DNA from: a virus
Strand: one strand, 5' to 3'
Virus record (IMG/VR): IMGVR_UViG_3300045996_003734
Location: 32,001-96,000 of that record
DNA length: 64,000 nucleotides
In this document: piece by piece, positions 55,685 through 64,000 of the stretch
Numbering within the stretch: the stretch's first letter is position 1
Layout: every line of letters starts with the position of its first letter
Position numbers and translations under genes: made by a program
Notes under the pieces: model-generated
Database searches by the model: none
What the model was told of the DNA's origin: nothing
What the model saw: only the letters and a program-made list of their open reading frames with translations

Positions 55685-56503
55685 TTAGTGCCCCTCGACG
55701 AGAACTTGCAAGGAGGCCTCTAGCTCAGCATGCCACGCCTGGGCTTGGCGAACAAAAACGGTCGCGTCATCCGCCAAAAAGCGAACTTGAGGCAGTTGCG
55801 GCCGGGTATTGATGTCCGTGCTGATAAAAAGCTTATCGCGAGGCTCCGCTCCGGGTAGCGTCACTTCAACTCTTCGGAGGGCTGCGATAGTGTTCAGTTC
55901 CTCGGTGTGTTCGTTGAAGGTGCGGCGGATATGTGTGGCCGCCCTCCAATCCCACTCGAAGAGCGACTGGTCAAACGGGGCGCCGCGCGTCAGAAGCCGG
56001 GTGCTCAGCGCATCGAGTTCTTCGGGCGTCTTATTGGCGAACCCCTCGCGCACCAGCGCGATCCGGTGTGCCGGCTGGCCGACGATGGTCAAGCAGGCCC
56101 CGATGTAGCGGGATGCCTTTTCGCAGAACTGCGCGAACGGCTCCCCAGGGCTTCCAAGCAGCGGAGAGTACATCACGTCCGCGCTCTCCGAGGTCAGGCT
56201 AACCAGCCACTCCCCGCTCAGGGACGCAGCGCCCAAGCGTTGCACGGTTGCCCCCGTCGGCGTCAGTTCCATTATCGGCCGAGGCAGGAAGTCGTCTCCG
56301 AGGCGCGTAAGTAAGTCGCCGTAAGCCGCCGCCCGCACTTGTACGTGGCCCGAGTTGGCGAAAGCGCGAGCTAGGTAGCGTACGGGTATCTCGATCAAAG
56401 AGCGGTCCTCGCGGGTCCCACTACGAACGGTGCCCGCGGAAGTAAAGAGCAAAGCGCGTGCCGCCGCAGTAACCGCACGGGCGTTCAGTAAAGATTTGAA
56501 CAC
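55685..56503 (-). CDS. TIGR04255-like protein; start possibly near 56398
   Basis: HRIAL...STDINT...F pattern; lower GC. Confidence 0.6.
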   Translation of the reverse strand: MFKSLLNARAVTAAARALLFTSAGTVRSGTREDRSLIEIPVRYLARAFANSGHVQVRAAAYGDLLTRLGDDFLPRPIMELTPTGATVQRLGAASLSGEWLVSLTSESADVMYSPLLGSPGEPFAQFCEKASRYIGACLTIVGQPAHRIALVREGFANKTPEELDALSTRLLTRGAPFDQSLFEWDWRAATHIRRTFNEHTEELNTIAALRRVEVTLPGAEPRDKLFISTDINTRPQLPQVRFLADDATVFVRQAQAWHAELEASLQVLVEGH

Positions 56504-56533
56504 GGCGCAGCGAAGCGCAAAGCTCTACGCCCG

Positions 56534-56836
56534 ATGCCCCGTCCGCCCAAGAAGCCGCACTGGCAGACGCTGCTCCCCAAGCCCGAGTGGGCAGGTGGGC
56601 CGCCGCACGTGTCGCGGGAGGTCATCACGGACCGGGTCCTCGTCGGGCACAGCACGCCGACGGGCTCGGGGCAGCTTTGGCGCATCCGGCGGGTCGCAGC
56701 CGACGGCTCGAGCGAGCTCGTGACGATGGCCGGCGAGCCGTGGGAGGGGACGGGGACACAGGCAGCTCTGCGCGCCCAGGTGCTCGGGCAGGAAGACCCG
56801 GACGGTCGCTACATCCCCGAGAAGGTTGAAAGCTAG
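56534..56836 (+). CDS. Hypothetical protein, paralogue of 57152-57385
   Basis: WRIRRVAADGSSELVTMAGEPWEG. Confidence 0.65.
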   Translation: MPRPPKKPHWQTLLPKPEWAGGPPHVSREVITDRVLVGHSTPTGSGQLWRIRRVAADGSSELVTMAGEPWEGTGTQAALRAQVLGQEDPDGRYIPEKVES

Positions 56837-56842
56837 CGGCGC

Positions 56843-57025
56843 CTACGAAGCCTTACCGAGGCGGGCGCGCACGGCTGAGGCACTGGGGCCCACCTCGTCG
56901 ACCACCTCGCGAAGGCGGTCGGTGCTGATGCCGAGGGCCTCCGTCCAGTAGCGAACCTCGTAATCCTCGCTGAGATTGATGCGTGAAGAGTCCTGTGGGC
57001 TTCTCTTGGTCTTGTCGTCGGACAT
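56843..57025 (-). CDS. DUF3606 family protein
   Basis: MSDDKTKRSPQDSSRINLSEDYEVRYW...VG.S..AV. Confidence 0.88.
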   Translation of the reverse strand: MSDDKTKRSPQDSSRINLSEDYEVRYWTEALGISTDRLREVVDEVGPSASAVRARLGKAS

Positions 57026-57151
57026 GCGACAGCCCCAGCACGACGCATGCCAGACGGCCATTGCGGCGGTTCCTCAACGTGACGAGGACGCAAACGCCAC
57101 AAGCCCTTCGTTGGTTGTGCCGCGTGTAGCGAAGGCGTACGGCATTGGGCA

Positions 57152-57385
57152 ATGGTCCCCTCCTATCGCCCGCCACCGAAGCCGGTGGTCCTCGCGTTTT
57201 GGCGCGTAGAGCGCGTGTTCGGTGACGGGCGCCGCGAACTCGTCACGCTGGGCGGTGAGCCTTGGGAGGGTGCGGAGGAGCAGGCTCTAGAGCGCGCGCG
57301 GGTCATGCAGGCTGAGGAGACCGACGTGAAGTTCGAGCTGCTGTCGGTCGTTAGGACGCAACTGGGCAGGCCGGCGTCCGAATAG
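57152..57385 (+). CDS. Hypothetical protein, paralogue of 56534-56836
   Basis: WRVERVFGDGRRELVTLGGEPWEG. Confidence 0.65.
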   Translation: MVPSYRPPPKPVVLAFWRVERVFGDGRRELVTLGGEPWEGAEEQALERARVMQAEETDVKFELLSVVRTQLGRPASE

Positions 57386-57390
57386 GGGAA

Positions 57391-57445
57391 GCCAGCCCGC
57401 CGAAGGCTCACACCCAACCGTTTTCCTTGATGGCGGCGGGCTGGC
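57391..57445. terminator. 12-bp inverted repeat between convergent genes
   Basis: GCCAGCCCGCCG-31-CGGCGGGCTGGC. Confidence 0.45.
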
Positions 57446-57446
57446 C

Positions 57447-57659
57447 CTACGTGTCCCGTGAGGGGTGGGCGAACTCGAACGCCACCGACTCAATGAGCAC
57501 CCGGCCGTTGAGGGAGCACGCGTACCAGGCCTCCACGAGCCTAGCCAATCGCGCGCGATCGAGTTGGCAGAGCTCCCCGTGCAGGCGGGCGATGATGGCT
57601 GCCGTGGGGTCAGGCGGCTCGTTCCTGCGCCGGGTCGGCTCGTCGTCGAGGTCGACCAT
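57447..57659 (-). CDS. Small hypothetical protein, last gene of the late operon
   Basis: TGATG coupling. Confidence 0.55.
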   Translation of the reverse strand: MVDLDDEPTRRRNEPPDPTAAIIARLHGELCQLDRARLARLVEAWYACSLNGRVLIESVAFEFAHPSRDT

Positions 57660-59671
57660 CAGAGCGCCTCGCTGCGAGCGAGCACGTCCCCAAGGACGAC
57701 GGTCTCGAACGACAGACCACGAATGACACTGGGGAGCGTCGTGGCAGTCGCAAACAGCTGGACGGCCGCGACACCATCGATCACCTGCAGAGCGCGCCCC
57801 ACGCCGATCGCAGAGACGTAGCCGAAGCTGACGCCCGTCCCGTTGCCGAAGCCGAGGTTGACCGAGGTTCCCACACCGAGGCCGAGCCCAGCGAACGCCG
57901 CGAGACCTACCCCCGCCACGGTGGCGCCGCCGACGGCTACAGCGACGCCTCCCAGAGCTCCCACAGCAGGCGCCGACGCGATCGTGAGCCCATTTCCTGG
58001 CGCGACGGCACCCGAGTGAGCTGCGCCAACACCGGCCACGCTCTGCAGCGCCCAGGGAATGGCGACGACAACGGCTGCGCCGGCAGCAACACCCGGGGCG
58101 CGCTGCGTCATTCGACCATCGGCGACGCCGACAGTCTGCCCGAGTCCCACGCCCGCGGCGGTGGCGAGGGCCACGCCGTTGCCTGGGGCCGCGGCCGCGC
58201 TCCCGCCGGCCATCACGCCCGTCTGCTGCTCGAGCATCCGAGCCACCGCGGCAGCGACGACCGAGCCCACGGCCACCCCAAGTGCGCGCTGAGTGGTCGC
58301 GCCGGCCGCGACGGCAAAGGCGCTCCCACCGACCGCGACGCCGTCCGCCAGCACGGTGCTCTGGGCTAAGGACGAACCGATGCCGCTCGCCCCGCCGGCA
58401 ACGAAGCCGACGCCCGAGCACACCTCTCGAGAGGCACCCACGGCCACGCACGCAACGGCGCCCACGCCGACGCGGGCCTGAATGTCGCGGCCCACCCCAA
58501 CGCCCAGAGCGGCGGTGAGCGCCGCGCCCGGAGCAGATTGAACCGCCACCGGGGCACCCACCGCCACCAGCGCGGCAGGACCGACGCCGGCGGTGCGCTG
58601 CAGCGCCGAGCCGGCGCCGATGACCATGAAACCGCCCACGCCCACACCCGTGCCGCTCGCGACGACAGGGGAGGAAGCGGAGGCGAAGAACGCAGCCGAC
58701 CCGCGCCGAGCCGTCGTGGTGAACGTCTCAATCGGGCGCTCGTCCGTCGCCTGATACAGGCCCAGCACGTCGTTGACGGCAGCGGGAGTACCAGCGAAGA
58801 ACGTGCGCGGACGGCGCGCTTGCTCGTTCGTAGCGAGCCACTCTTGGTTGAAGACTCGCCGCCGCAAGGCGAAGAATGGAATCGCAGCGGCCACCACGGC
58901 GAACGCGAACGGTCGCCTCAGTGTCGTCGTGAACGTCTCGATCGGGCGCCCGTCCACGAGCTCGCGCTTGACCGAGGCTGTGTAGTCCGGCGTCCCGCCG
59001 CCGCCACCGCCGCCGCCGTCGTGGGACACGAGCAGCATGCCCCACTGCGCGGCGCCGCCGATGCCCCAGGTCACCGCCTGCGCACCAGCGGTGCCCGCGA
59101 GGCGCCAGACAGCACCCCCGTACTCGAAGGCACCAGACGCCACGCTGAACTCCGTCGTCCAGCCAGGGCTCGGAGGGGTGTGCACGGGGCTACCACCGTC
59201 GGCGTACACGTAAACCGACGTGATCTCGTCGCCCACTTGCGTCAGCGCGTCCGTCGTCGCCGTCGGAGCGTTCGTGTTCCCCGACGCCGTGACCGGGGTC
59301 CCGCGCACCGCGCCTGCGCCAGAAATCTCGACGATCGCTCCCGTCGTGTAGTGGCCGTCCGGGGTCCCCACTCCGCTGTATGTAATGGTGACCGTGTGAG
59401 CGGCGCCCGGCGGCACCACGGCTTCCCAAAGCTCAGCCTGGTTCAGGTTGTTGGGCGACTGGGTGCAGCGGCCCACCATCGTCGCTGCTGCACCGTTGAT
59501 CGTGACCGCGCTGACGAGATGCGTCTGGACCGACGAGTAGTGGACCAGCAGGACGCGAACGGTGTTGCCCGGAGTGAAGTCCGACAGCGTGTTCGCGATT
59601 GTGTGCGGGCCAACCGTCGTGACGCCCGAGTGAGGCGCTGCGATGGCTTGGCCTTGGACGCGGGTTGCCAT
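57659..59671 (-). CDS. Putative virion fibre protein (beta N-domain, poly-Gly hinge, Gly/Ala/Val-rich C-terminus)
   Basis: GAGGAG RBS; composition; internal RPIETFTTT repeat. Confidence 0.65.
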   Translation of the reverse strand: MATRVQGQAIAAPHSGVTTVGPHTIANTLSDFTPGNTVRVLLVHYSSVQTHLVSAVTINGAAATMVGRCTQSPNNLNQAELWEAVVPPGAAHTVTITYSGVGTPDGHYTTGAIVEISGAGAVRGTPVTASGNTNAPTATTDALTQVGDEITSVYVYADGGSPVHTPPSPGWTTEFSVASGAFEYGGAVWRLAGTAGAQAVTWGIGGAAQWGMLLVSHDGGGGGGGGTPDYTASVKRELVDGRPIETFTTTLRRPFAFAVVAAAIPFFALRRRVFNQEWLATNEQARRPRTFFAGTPAAVNDVLGLYQATDERPIETFTTTARRGSAAFFASASSPVVASGTGVGVGGFMVIGAGSALQRTAGVGPAALVAVGAPVAVQSAPGAALTAALGVGVGRDIQARVGVGAVACVAVGASREVCSGVGFVAGGASGIGSSLAQSTVLADGVAVGGSAFAVAAGATTQRALGVAVGSVVAAAVARMLEQQTGVMAGGSAAAAPGNGVALATAAGVGLGQTVGVADGRMTQRAPGVAAGAAVVVAIPWALQSVAGVGAAHSGAVAPGNGLTIASAPAVGALGGVAVAVGGATVAGVGLAAFAGLGLGVGTSVNLGFGNGTGVSFGYVSAIGVGRALQVIDGVAAVQLFATATTLPSVIRGLSFETVVLGDVLARSEAL

Positions 59672-59677
59672 GGCTCC

Positions 59678-60367
59678 TCAGAGAGACGGCGGGAGCGCCG
59701 GGACTATCGCGTCCAGCGCCAGCACGGAGTAGCCCGCGGCGGTCAGGTGGATCTGCGTGCCGTCGTAGTAGGTCGTGTCGCTAGGTGTCTGGAGCCTCGC
59801 GTCCGCGGCCGCGTCAGCGATGAGCGGGAATTTCGCGGGGTTGCCTTTGAGGAGCGCGATGAGCGCGAGCCGCGCCGCGTTGTACTGCGTGTTGTTGGAC
59901 GGCGGGGAGGATGTCGTCTCGTAGAAAGCGGGCGAGGTCACCGCCATCGGCGTAAAGCCCGCTGCGATTACAGCGTCGGCCCACAACGCGCTCTGGTCGT
60001 AGCAAGCCTGCGCGGCCGCGGAGGGGTTAGACAGCGTGAGCCCGTCTCCCCATTCGCCGCGGGTGTCCGCGAGGTAGTTGCAGGCCTCGAGCAGGACCGC
60101 GATGTTCAGCCGCCCGGGCATGTACTGGCTCGTCACCGTCGAGACGCGGGAGAGCAAGGTGACGATATCGCCGCCCATGAGCCCCTCGGCGACGTTCGCC
60201 GTCGGCTTTGCGGCTGCGATGAGGGCTCGCGGCGTCTGGCCTCCCGAGACGCCCGAGCCCTCCAAGATCGAGTTGCCGTGGAGGATGACGTTGAGCAACT
60301 GCAGCGGCGCGGGCGGAGCCGCCACACGCCGGTAACCGCCGCGCCCAGAAAAGCGCGCGCCTGGCAC
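59678..60367 (-). CDS. SGNH/GDSL-like esterase
   Basis: HGNSI block I, ACN block III, DGTQIH block V. Confidence 0.8.
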   Translation of the reverse strand: MPGARFSGRGGYRRVAAPPAPLQLLNVILHGNSILEGSGVSGGQTPRALIAAAKPTANVAEGLMGGDIVTLLSRVSTVTSQYMPGRLNIAVLLEACNYLADTRGEWGDGLTLSNPSAAAQACYDQSALWADAVIAAGFTPMAVTSPAFYETTSSPPSNNTQYNAARLALIALLKGNPAKFPLIADAAADARLQTPSDTTYYDGTQIHLTAAGYSVLALDAIVPALPPSL

Positions 60368-60368
60368 G

Positions 60369-60860
60369 TTATCCGCCGTCGAGCTCGGCGAAGACCAGGG
60401 AGCCGGACCAGAGGGTCAGGCCCGTAGGAGCAGCGCGGAGCTTCACGGCTAGCGCAGCGCCGCCGCCCCCTGGGACAATCAAGCGTTTGCGTTCGGTGCG
60501 TTGCCAGAGGTAGCCCGTGAGGTTCCAGAACGCGTCGGGGATTTTTTCCGTGAACGCGCCGGCGCCCTCGGCCGAAGCCAGGACGCCCGACGTGCCTGCC
60601 GCGCCCGCAGTACCGCCGGTGATGTAGGAGTTGGCGTCGCTCGACTTGGTCTTTTCCGGAGTCGCCGAAACGAGCGTCGGGAATGCCGTCGCCTTGAACC
60701 CGATCGACACGCCGACCATCTCACCCGTCGTGGTGCCGCGCTGGTTGAGCTGCACCTCGATGAGCTCGATCACGCCAACGGCGGGAGGGTTCGCGAAGAG
60801 CAGCGTTTGTGCACCGCTGAGGGTCTGATCCGTGAACTTAACGATGTATTCGCGTGCCAT
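60369..60860 (-). CDS. Hypothetical jelly-roll virion-type protein
   Basis: Beta-rich; WSGSLVFAEL end. Confidence 0.65.
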   Translation of the reverse strand: MAREYIVKFTDQTLSGAQTLLFANPPAVGVIELIEVQLNQRGTTTGEMVGVSIGFKATAFPTLVSATPEKTKSSDANSYITGGTAGAAGTSGVLASAEGAGAFTEKIPDAFWNLTGYLWQRTERKRLIVPGGGGAALAVKLRAAPTGLTLWSGSLVFAELDGG

Positions 60861-60872
60861 GGGGCTGTTCCT

Positions 60873-61589
60873 TCAGCTCAGACGGATGAGCGTCGCGGTG
60901 GAAAGTTGGGGGTCCGTGTTCTGGTTCACCTGCAGGGGGACCACCTTGGTGGCGATGCCGCTGCCGAGAGACGAGATCGCGATCGATGCGCCGCCCTGCG
61001 TGGCCGAGACGGTGAAGCGGTCCGTGGTGAGGCCGGTCGAGCGCACCCAGTACACGGTGCCTTCGGTGACGCCGCCGGGGAGCGCGCCGCCCGACTCGAT
61101 GTCGAAGAACGCGATGCGGTCGTCCGCCACGAGGCCGTGAGCGGGGACAAGAATGGTGTCCGCCGTGGCGTCGTCGCACATGAAGGCGCGAGCGCCGAAA
61201 GTCGCATCACCGAAGACGCCCCACGCGTGCATCTCGGTTGCGCCGGACGCCGCGAACCCGAGCGACCAGTACGGAATCACCACCGTCGCGCCGTTGTCCG
61301 TGCGGATGCCGAGGCTCACCGCGGCCGCGAGGTTGATGACGCCGTTGCTCGCCGCGCCGAAGCCCGCACCGCGCGCACAAGCGCCGCGGGCGTAGCCCGT
61401 GTAAGCAGCCTCGCTGACCTGCTGGCTAGCAGGCGCCTCGCCCGGCCACGCCGTGTGGCCCGCGAAGTACAAGCTGCCGGCGGTAGCCGAGGGCTGAAGT
61501 CCGGACGCGTCCCCGACGTTGGCGGCCGCCACGTTCCGGAGCCACAGGTTGAGCATCTTGTTTTCGAACGGGGTGACGAGCATTCCCAT
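60873..61589 (-). CDS. Putative virion structural/fibre-associated protein
   Basis: FEN.ML...HTAWPGE...YTGYAR; HGL..DDRI...YWV. Confidence 0.7.
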   Translation of the reverse strand: MGMLVTPFENKMLNLWLRNVAAANVGDASGLQPSATAGSLYFAGHTAWPGEAPASQQVSEAAYTGYARGACARGAGFGAASNGVINLAAAVSLGIRTDNGATVVIPYWSLGFAASGATEMHAWGVFGDATFGARAFMCDDATADTILVPAHGLVADDRIAFFDIESGGALPGGVTEGTVYWVRSTGLTTDRFTVSATQGGASIAISSLGSGIATKVVPLQVNQNTDPQLSTATLIRLS

Positions 61590-61600
61590 GGCAGCGATCC

Positions 61601-61915
61601 TTACGGAGTTGGGTGCGGAACGACGTGGAGCTTGAACAGCCGGCAGCGTCGTGACCCGGGCTCGAGGACTGGCTCGATGATGTAGGCCCCGGCCTGCGCC
61701 ACCTCCGCTCCGAGAGAGTCGAATTCGTGCCGGGCAACCACCTCGTACTGCGTCGCGCCGGAGAGCACGGTGTCCCACGTGGTGGTCGTGCCGTCGGGCC
61801 TCGTGACGTGGAGAGTGCAGGCGACGATGCCGGCCATGTTCAGGCCGGTCGTGCCGGGGAGCAGGGTGACGCGCAACGCCTCTGGCCCCCTTGCGCCCTG
61901 CAGCAACGTGGTCAT
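61601..61915 (-). CDS. BppU-N-like small structural protein
   Basis: LHVTRPDG..TW...AGAY..E. Confidence 0.55.
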   Translation of the reverse strand: MTTLLQGARGPEALRVTLLPGTTGLNMAGIVACTLHVTRPDGTTTTWDTVLSGATQYEVVARHEFDSLGAEVAQAGAYIIEPVLEPGSRRCRLFKLHVVPHPTP

Positions 61916-62376
61916 CGCCGCCCCGGGTTCTCTGACACCGACTCCGCCGCGATGCGGCCCACGCAGGCCCCCCGCTCTGCGCCGTCGCGGAGCTCGCGGC
62001 AGATGTCTAGCTTGCGGTCGAATTCGCTGCGCTGAATGACGGTCTGCGTGGGGGGCGGCGCCGGCGTCGTGATCCGCACCATGAAGCCAGCGAAGCCGCC
62101 GGAGCCCAGCATGCCCAAGAACACCTTGACTGTCGTGGACGCGGCGAAAGCCTTTGCTCTCTTCGCCAGCAGCTCGAACTCCGTGAGGCGCTGGTCGAGC
62201 GCCAAAAAGGACCCCTCGAGCTTGCCGAGGCGCTCGCCCAGCCGCTGCTCGACGGCGATCGCCACCTGCTCGGCTTGGTGGGCAGCCCGAACGGCGCGCT
62301 CGAACTCGTCCCCATGGTCCTCAGAAGGCATGGGGAGGCGTCGGCCTGGGATTCCGGGAGCGTTCGGTGGTGCCAT
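61912..62376 (-). CDS. Coiled-coil/TM protein of the lysis cluster
   Basis: Coiled coil, TM helix, Cys pair; homologous to 1-114. Confidence 0.7.
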   Translation of the reverse strand: MAPPNAPGIPGRRLPMPSEDHGDEFERAVRAAHQAEQVAIAVEQRLGERLGKLEGSFLALDQRLTEFELLAKRAKAFAASTTVKVFLGMLGSGGFAGFMVRITTPAPPPTQTVIQRSEFDRKLDICRELRDGAERGACVGRIAAESVSENPGRR

Positions 62377-62380
62377 GACG

Positions 62381-62647
62381 TCACTTCGCCACGGCAGCGA
62401 TGGCGCAAACGAAGCTCACGAGGGCGGCAGCTACGCCGATGAGCGCGGGCAGCCACCGCTCTCGGCGCATGCTGACGACCTCCGCCTTCAGTGTCTTGTG
62501 CTCCTCGAACATCCGGAGGCTGATGTCGTGCGAGCGCTCGGCGTAGACCTTCGTCTGTCGAGCTTCGTCCTCGGTGCGAGAGCACGACGCGAGTATCAGC
62601 TCGAGCGTGTCTTTCCGGTCGGTCGGCGTCTTGTCGTCATCGCTCAT
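62381..62647 (-). CDS. 88-aa coiled-coil/TM protein, copy 2
   Basis: Homologue of 119-385. Confidence 0.7.
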   Translation of the reverse strand: MSDDDKTPTDRKDTLELILASCSRTEDEARQTKVYAERSHDISLRMFEEHKTLKAEVVSMRRERWLPALIGVAAALVSFVCAIAAVAK

Positions 62648-63500
62648 TGGCGTACGGCTCCGATTCGGGGGCGAGCTCGCTGGGGTCGGTGTCGCTGGCG
62701 GCGTGCGAGGCGAGACGCGCGTGCTCACGCAGGTTCGCCCCCGCCATGCCGACGGCGTTCTGGATGCGCTCCCAGTGGCTGGCCTGGAGCTGCTCGAGCA
62801 AGTCCTCCAGCCCCTCGTCGCCGTCTTCTGGCGGCGGCGGAAGCGTGCTGTTCACGAGGTCCCGCGCCGTTGCGATGAGCGGCAGCTCGCCGAGCAGGCG
62901 GTTCTGGTCGAGGACAGGCGCCTGGCTGTCGTAGCCGCCCGCGCCGTCCGGGTCGTACGGGGCCACTCGGTGCTGCCAGATCGTTGCGGCCGCCCCGCCC
63001 GGCGTCGCGGGCTTCGAGGCGCCCGTGTAGTGAGCCACCCAGAGCGGACGGTCGAGCAGCCACGCGGGCTTGCCCAGCATCCCGAACTCGCGCTGGGTGA
63101 TGTACACCATGGCGTCGCCGTACTGCTCCACGAGATCGTCGAGGATGTGCTTCACGCCGTCCTGCCAAGCCGGCGAGACGTGGGCACCCGGCTTCGGGAG
63201 CGGGTCGGCCTCGACGTCCAGTGTGGGCACGATGTCGCCCGGGCCGATGTGCGCGGCGGCGAGCTGGTCACGAAAGACGGCCAGCTGATCTGCCGCGTCC
63301 TGGCTCGGTCTGAAGAAGTGATAGAGCCCCACCTTCAGCCCGGCGGACCGCGCTCGTCGCACGTGCTCGAGCGTGACGCGGTCCTTCATGAGCCCGTAGC
63401 TGCCGCGAATGATGGCGAAGCTCGACGTGAGCGCGAACGTCGCCCAGGGAAGCGACGCAGGGTTTTGATGGTGACTGACGTCGATTCCGTACTTCTTCAC
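62637..63500 (-). CDS. Endolysin, GH25 muramidase, copy 2
   Basis: Same motifs; 45 of 287 residues differ from copy 1 by manual count. Confidence 0.92.
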   Translation of the reverse strand: MKKYGIDVSHHQNPASLPWATFALTSSFAIIRGSYGLMKDRVTLEHVRRARSAGLKVGLYHFFRPSQDAADQLAVFRDQLAAAHIGPGDIVPTLDVEADPLPKPGAHVSPAWQDGVKHILDDLVEQYGDAMVYITQREFGMLGKPAWLLDRPLWVAHYTGASKPATPGGAAATIWQHRVAPYDPDGAGGYDSQAPVLDQNRLLGELPLIATARDLVNSTLPPPPEDGDEGLEDLLEQLQASHWERIQNAVGMAGANLREHARLASHAASDTDPSELAPESEPYANER

Positions 63501-64000
63501 GCCGCAGAGTCCTTCCGGGTGAGCTTCTCGATCTGCCCTGCGAGCCAGCGCTCGAAGGACTTGGGGTCTTTGCGGCAGCGCTCGAGCGTGGCCTGCACCT
63601 CGACGAGCACAGTGAAGCGGACACTCGAGTGCTCGTGCTGCTTTCGCTCCTGCAGCGCTTCGCGGCGGTCGAGCCGCGCTGGCTCGATGCCCACCTTCCG
63701 CACGGCCGTGCGCGCGTTGTAGACCTTGGCGTTGTCACGGCAGCGCGAGCACGTCTTGAACGCCTCGTCCTCCCGCTCGCCGCCGCACTTGCATCGGCCC
63801 TCGCGCGCATACTGAGCGCGGCGCTCGGCCAGCTGGAGGCGGGCGTGGGTGCGCGCCGCCAGCTGCGAAGCGGCGGCTGCCGTCTTGGCAGCGAAGAAGA
63901 ACACGCCTCCCTTAGCGTCGCCCTTGCTGGCTACCGGCCTGCAGTCGGTGACCTTGCCCGTGCCGTCCACGGTGACGCGGAACCAGCTCCTCGTTTTCAT
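63497..64000 (-). CDS. Hypothetical Zn-finger protein, copy 2
   Basis: Homologue of 1235-1738. Confidence 0.75.
   Translation of the reverse strand: MKTRSWFRVTVDGTGKVTDCRPVASKGDAKGGVFFFAAKTAAAASQLAARTHARLQLAERRAQYAREGRCKCGGEREDEAFKTCSRCRDNAKVYNARTAVRKVGIEPARLDRREALQERKQHEHSSVRFTVLVEVQATLERCRKDPKSFERWLAGQIEKLTRKDSAA

Larger units (their letters stand above)
1..64000. mobile_element. Temperate phage/prophage DNA with Mu-like contractile-tail morphogenesis genes and a tyrosine integrase; probably parts of two related prophages in tandem
   Basis: Terminase, portal, MuF, protease, capsid, sheath, tube, tape measure, baseplate, endolysin, integrase and CI/Cro are all present; no host housekeeping gene seen. 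Confidence 0.93.
62263..64000. repeat. Diverged direct repeat, copy 2 (lysis module)
   Basis: Constant-offset match to 1-1738. Confidence 0.97.

Noticed and set aside
58713-58957. DGR template/variable repeat pair
   Set aside because: Only about 33 bp, differences are not adenine-specific, and no reverse transcriptase is in the window
1-64000. Mu-type transposable phage
   Set aside because: Head and tail genes are Mu-like, but no DDE transposase or MuB is seen; a tyrosine integrase and att site are present instead
62263-64000. Terminal redundancy or circular-assembly overlap
   Set aside because: The copies differ at many positions (45 of 287 aa in the endolysin), so they are not the same molecule end

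Overview
The whole 64 kb is high-GC temperate phage DNA. The Gly/Cys-rich lipoproteins suggest a myxobacterial host, which is an inference. One long minus-strand run reads cro, HTH regulators, xis, tyrosine integrase, replication, terminase, Mu-like head, contractile tail/baseplate, lysis (42.8 kb down to 1). A CI-like repressor is flanked by paired operators, and a plus-strand early operon carries SbcD/SbcC, MazG-like, cupin and ParB-like genes. A lower-GC TIGR04255-like/HEPN cassette follows, then a second, diverged copy of the lysis module (1-1738 recurs at 62263-64000, offset 62,262 bp, endolysins about 84% identical). An attP-type site (3' end of a tRNA-Ser, arm-type repeats and a hairpin) lies inside the integrase gene at about 38.7 kb. 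Integration there would truncate Int and cut the lytic operon between its promoter and the replication/late genes. The simplest reading is two related prophages in tandem joined at that site. Other highlights are a tRNA-like RNA with a GUU anticodon and a very long variable arm, a MuF protein extended with GNAT and HExxH domains, leaderless-type moron promoters, and a -1 frameshift in the tail chaperone. All product calls come from motif recognition and synteny by eye; no searches were run.
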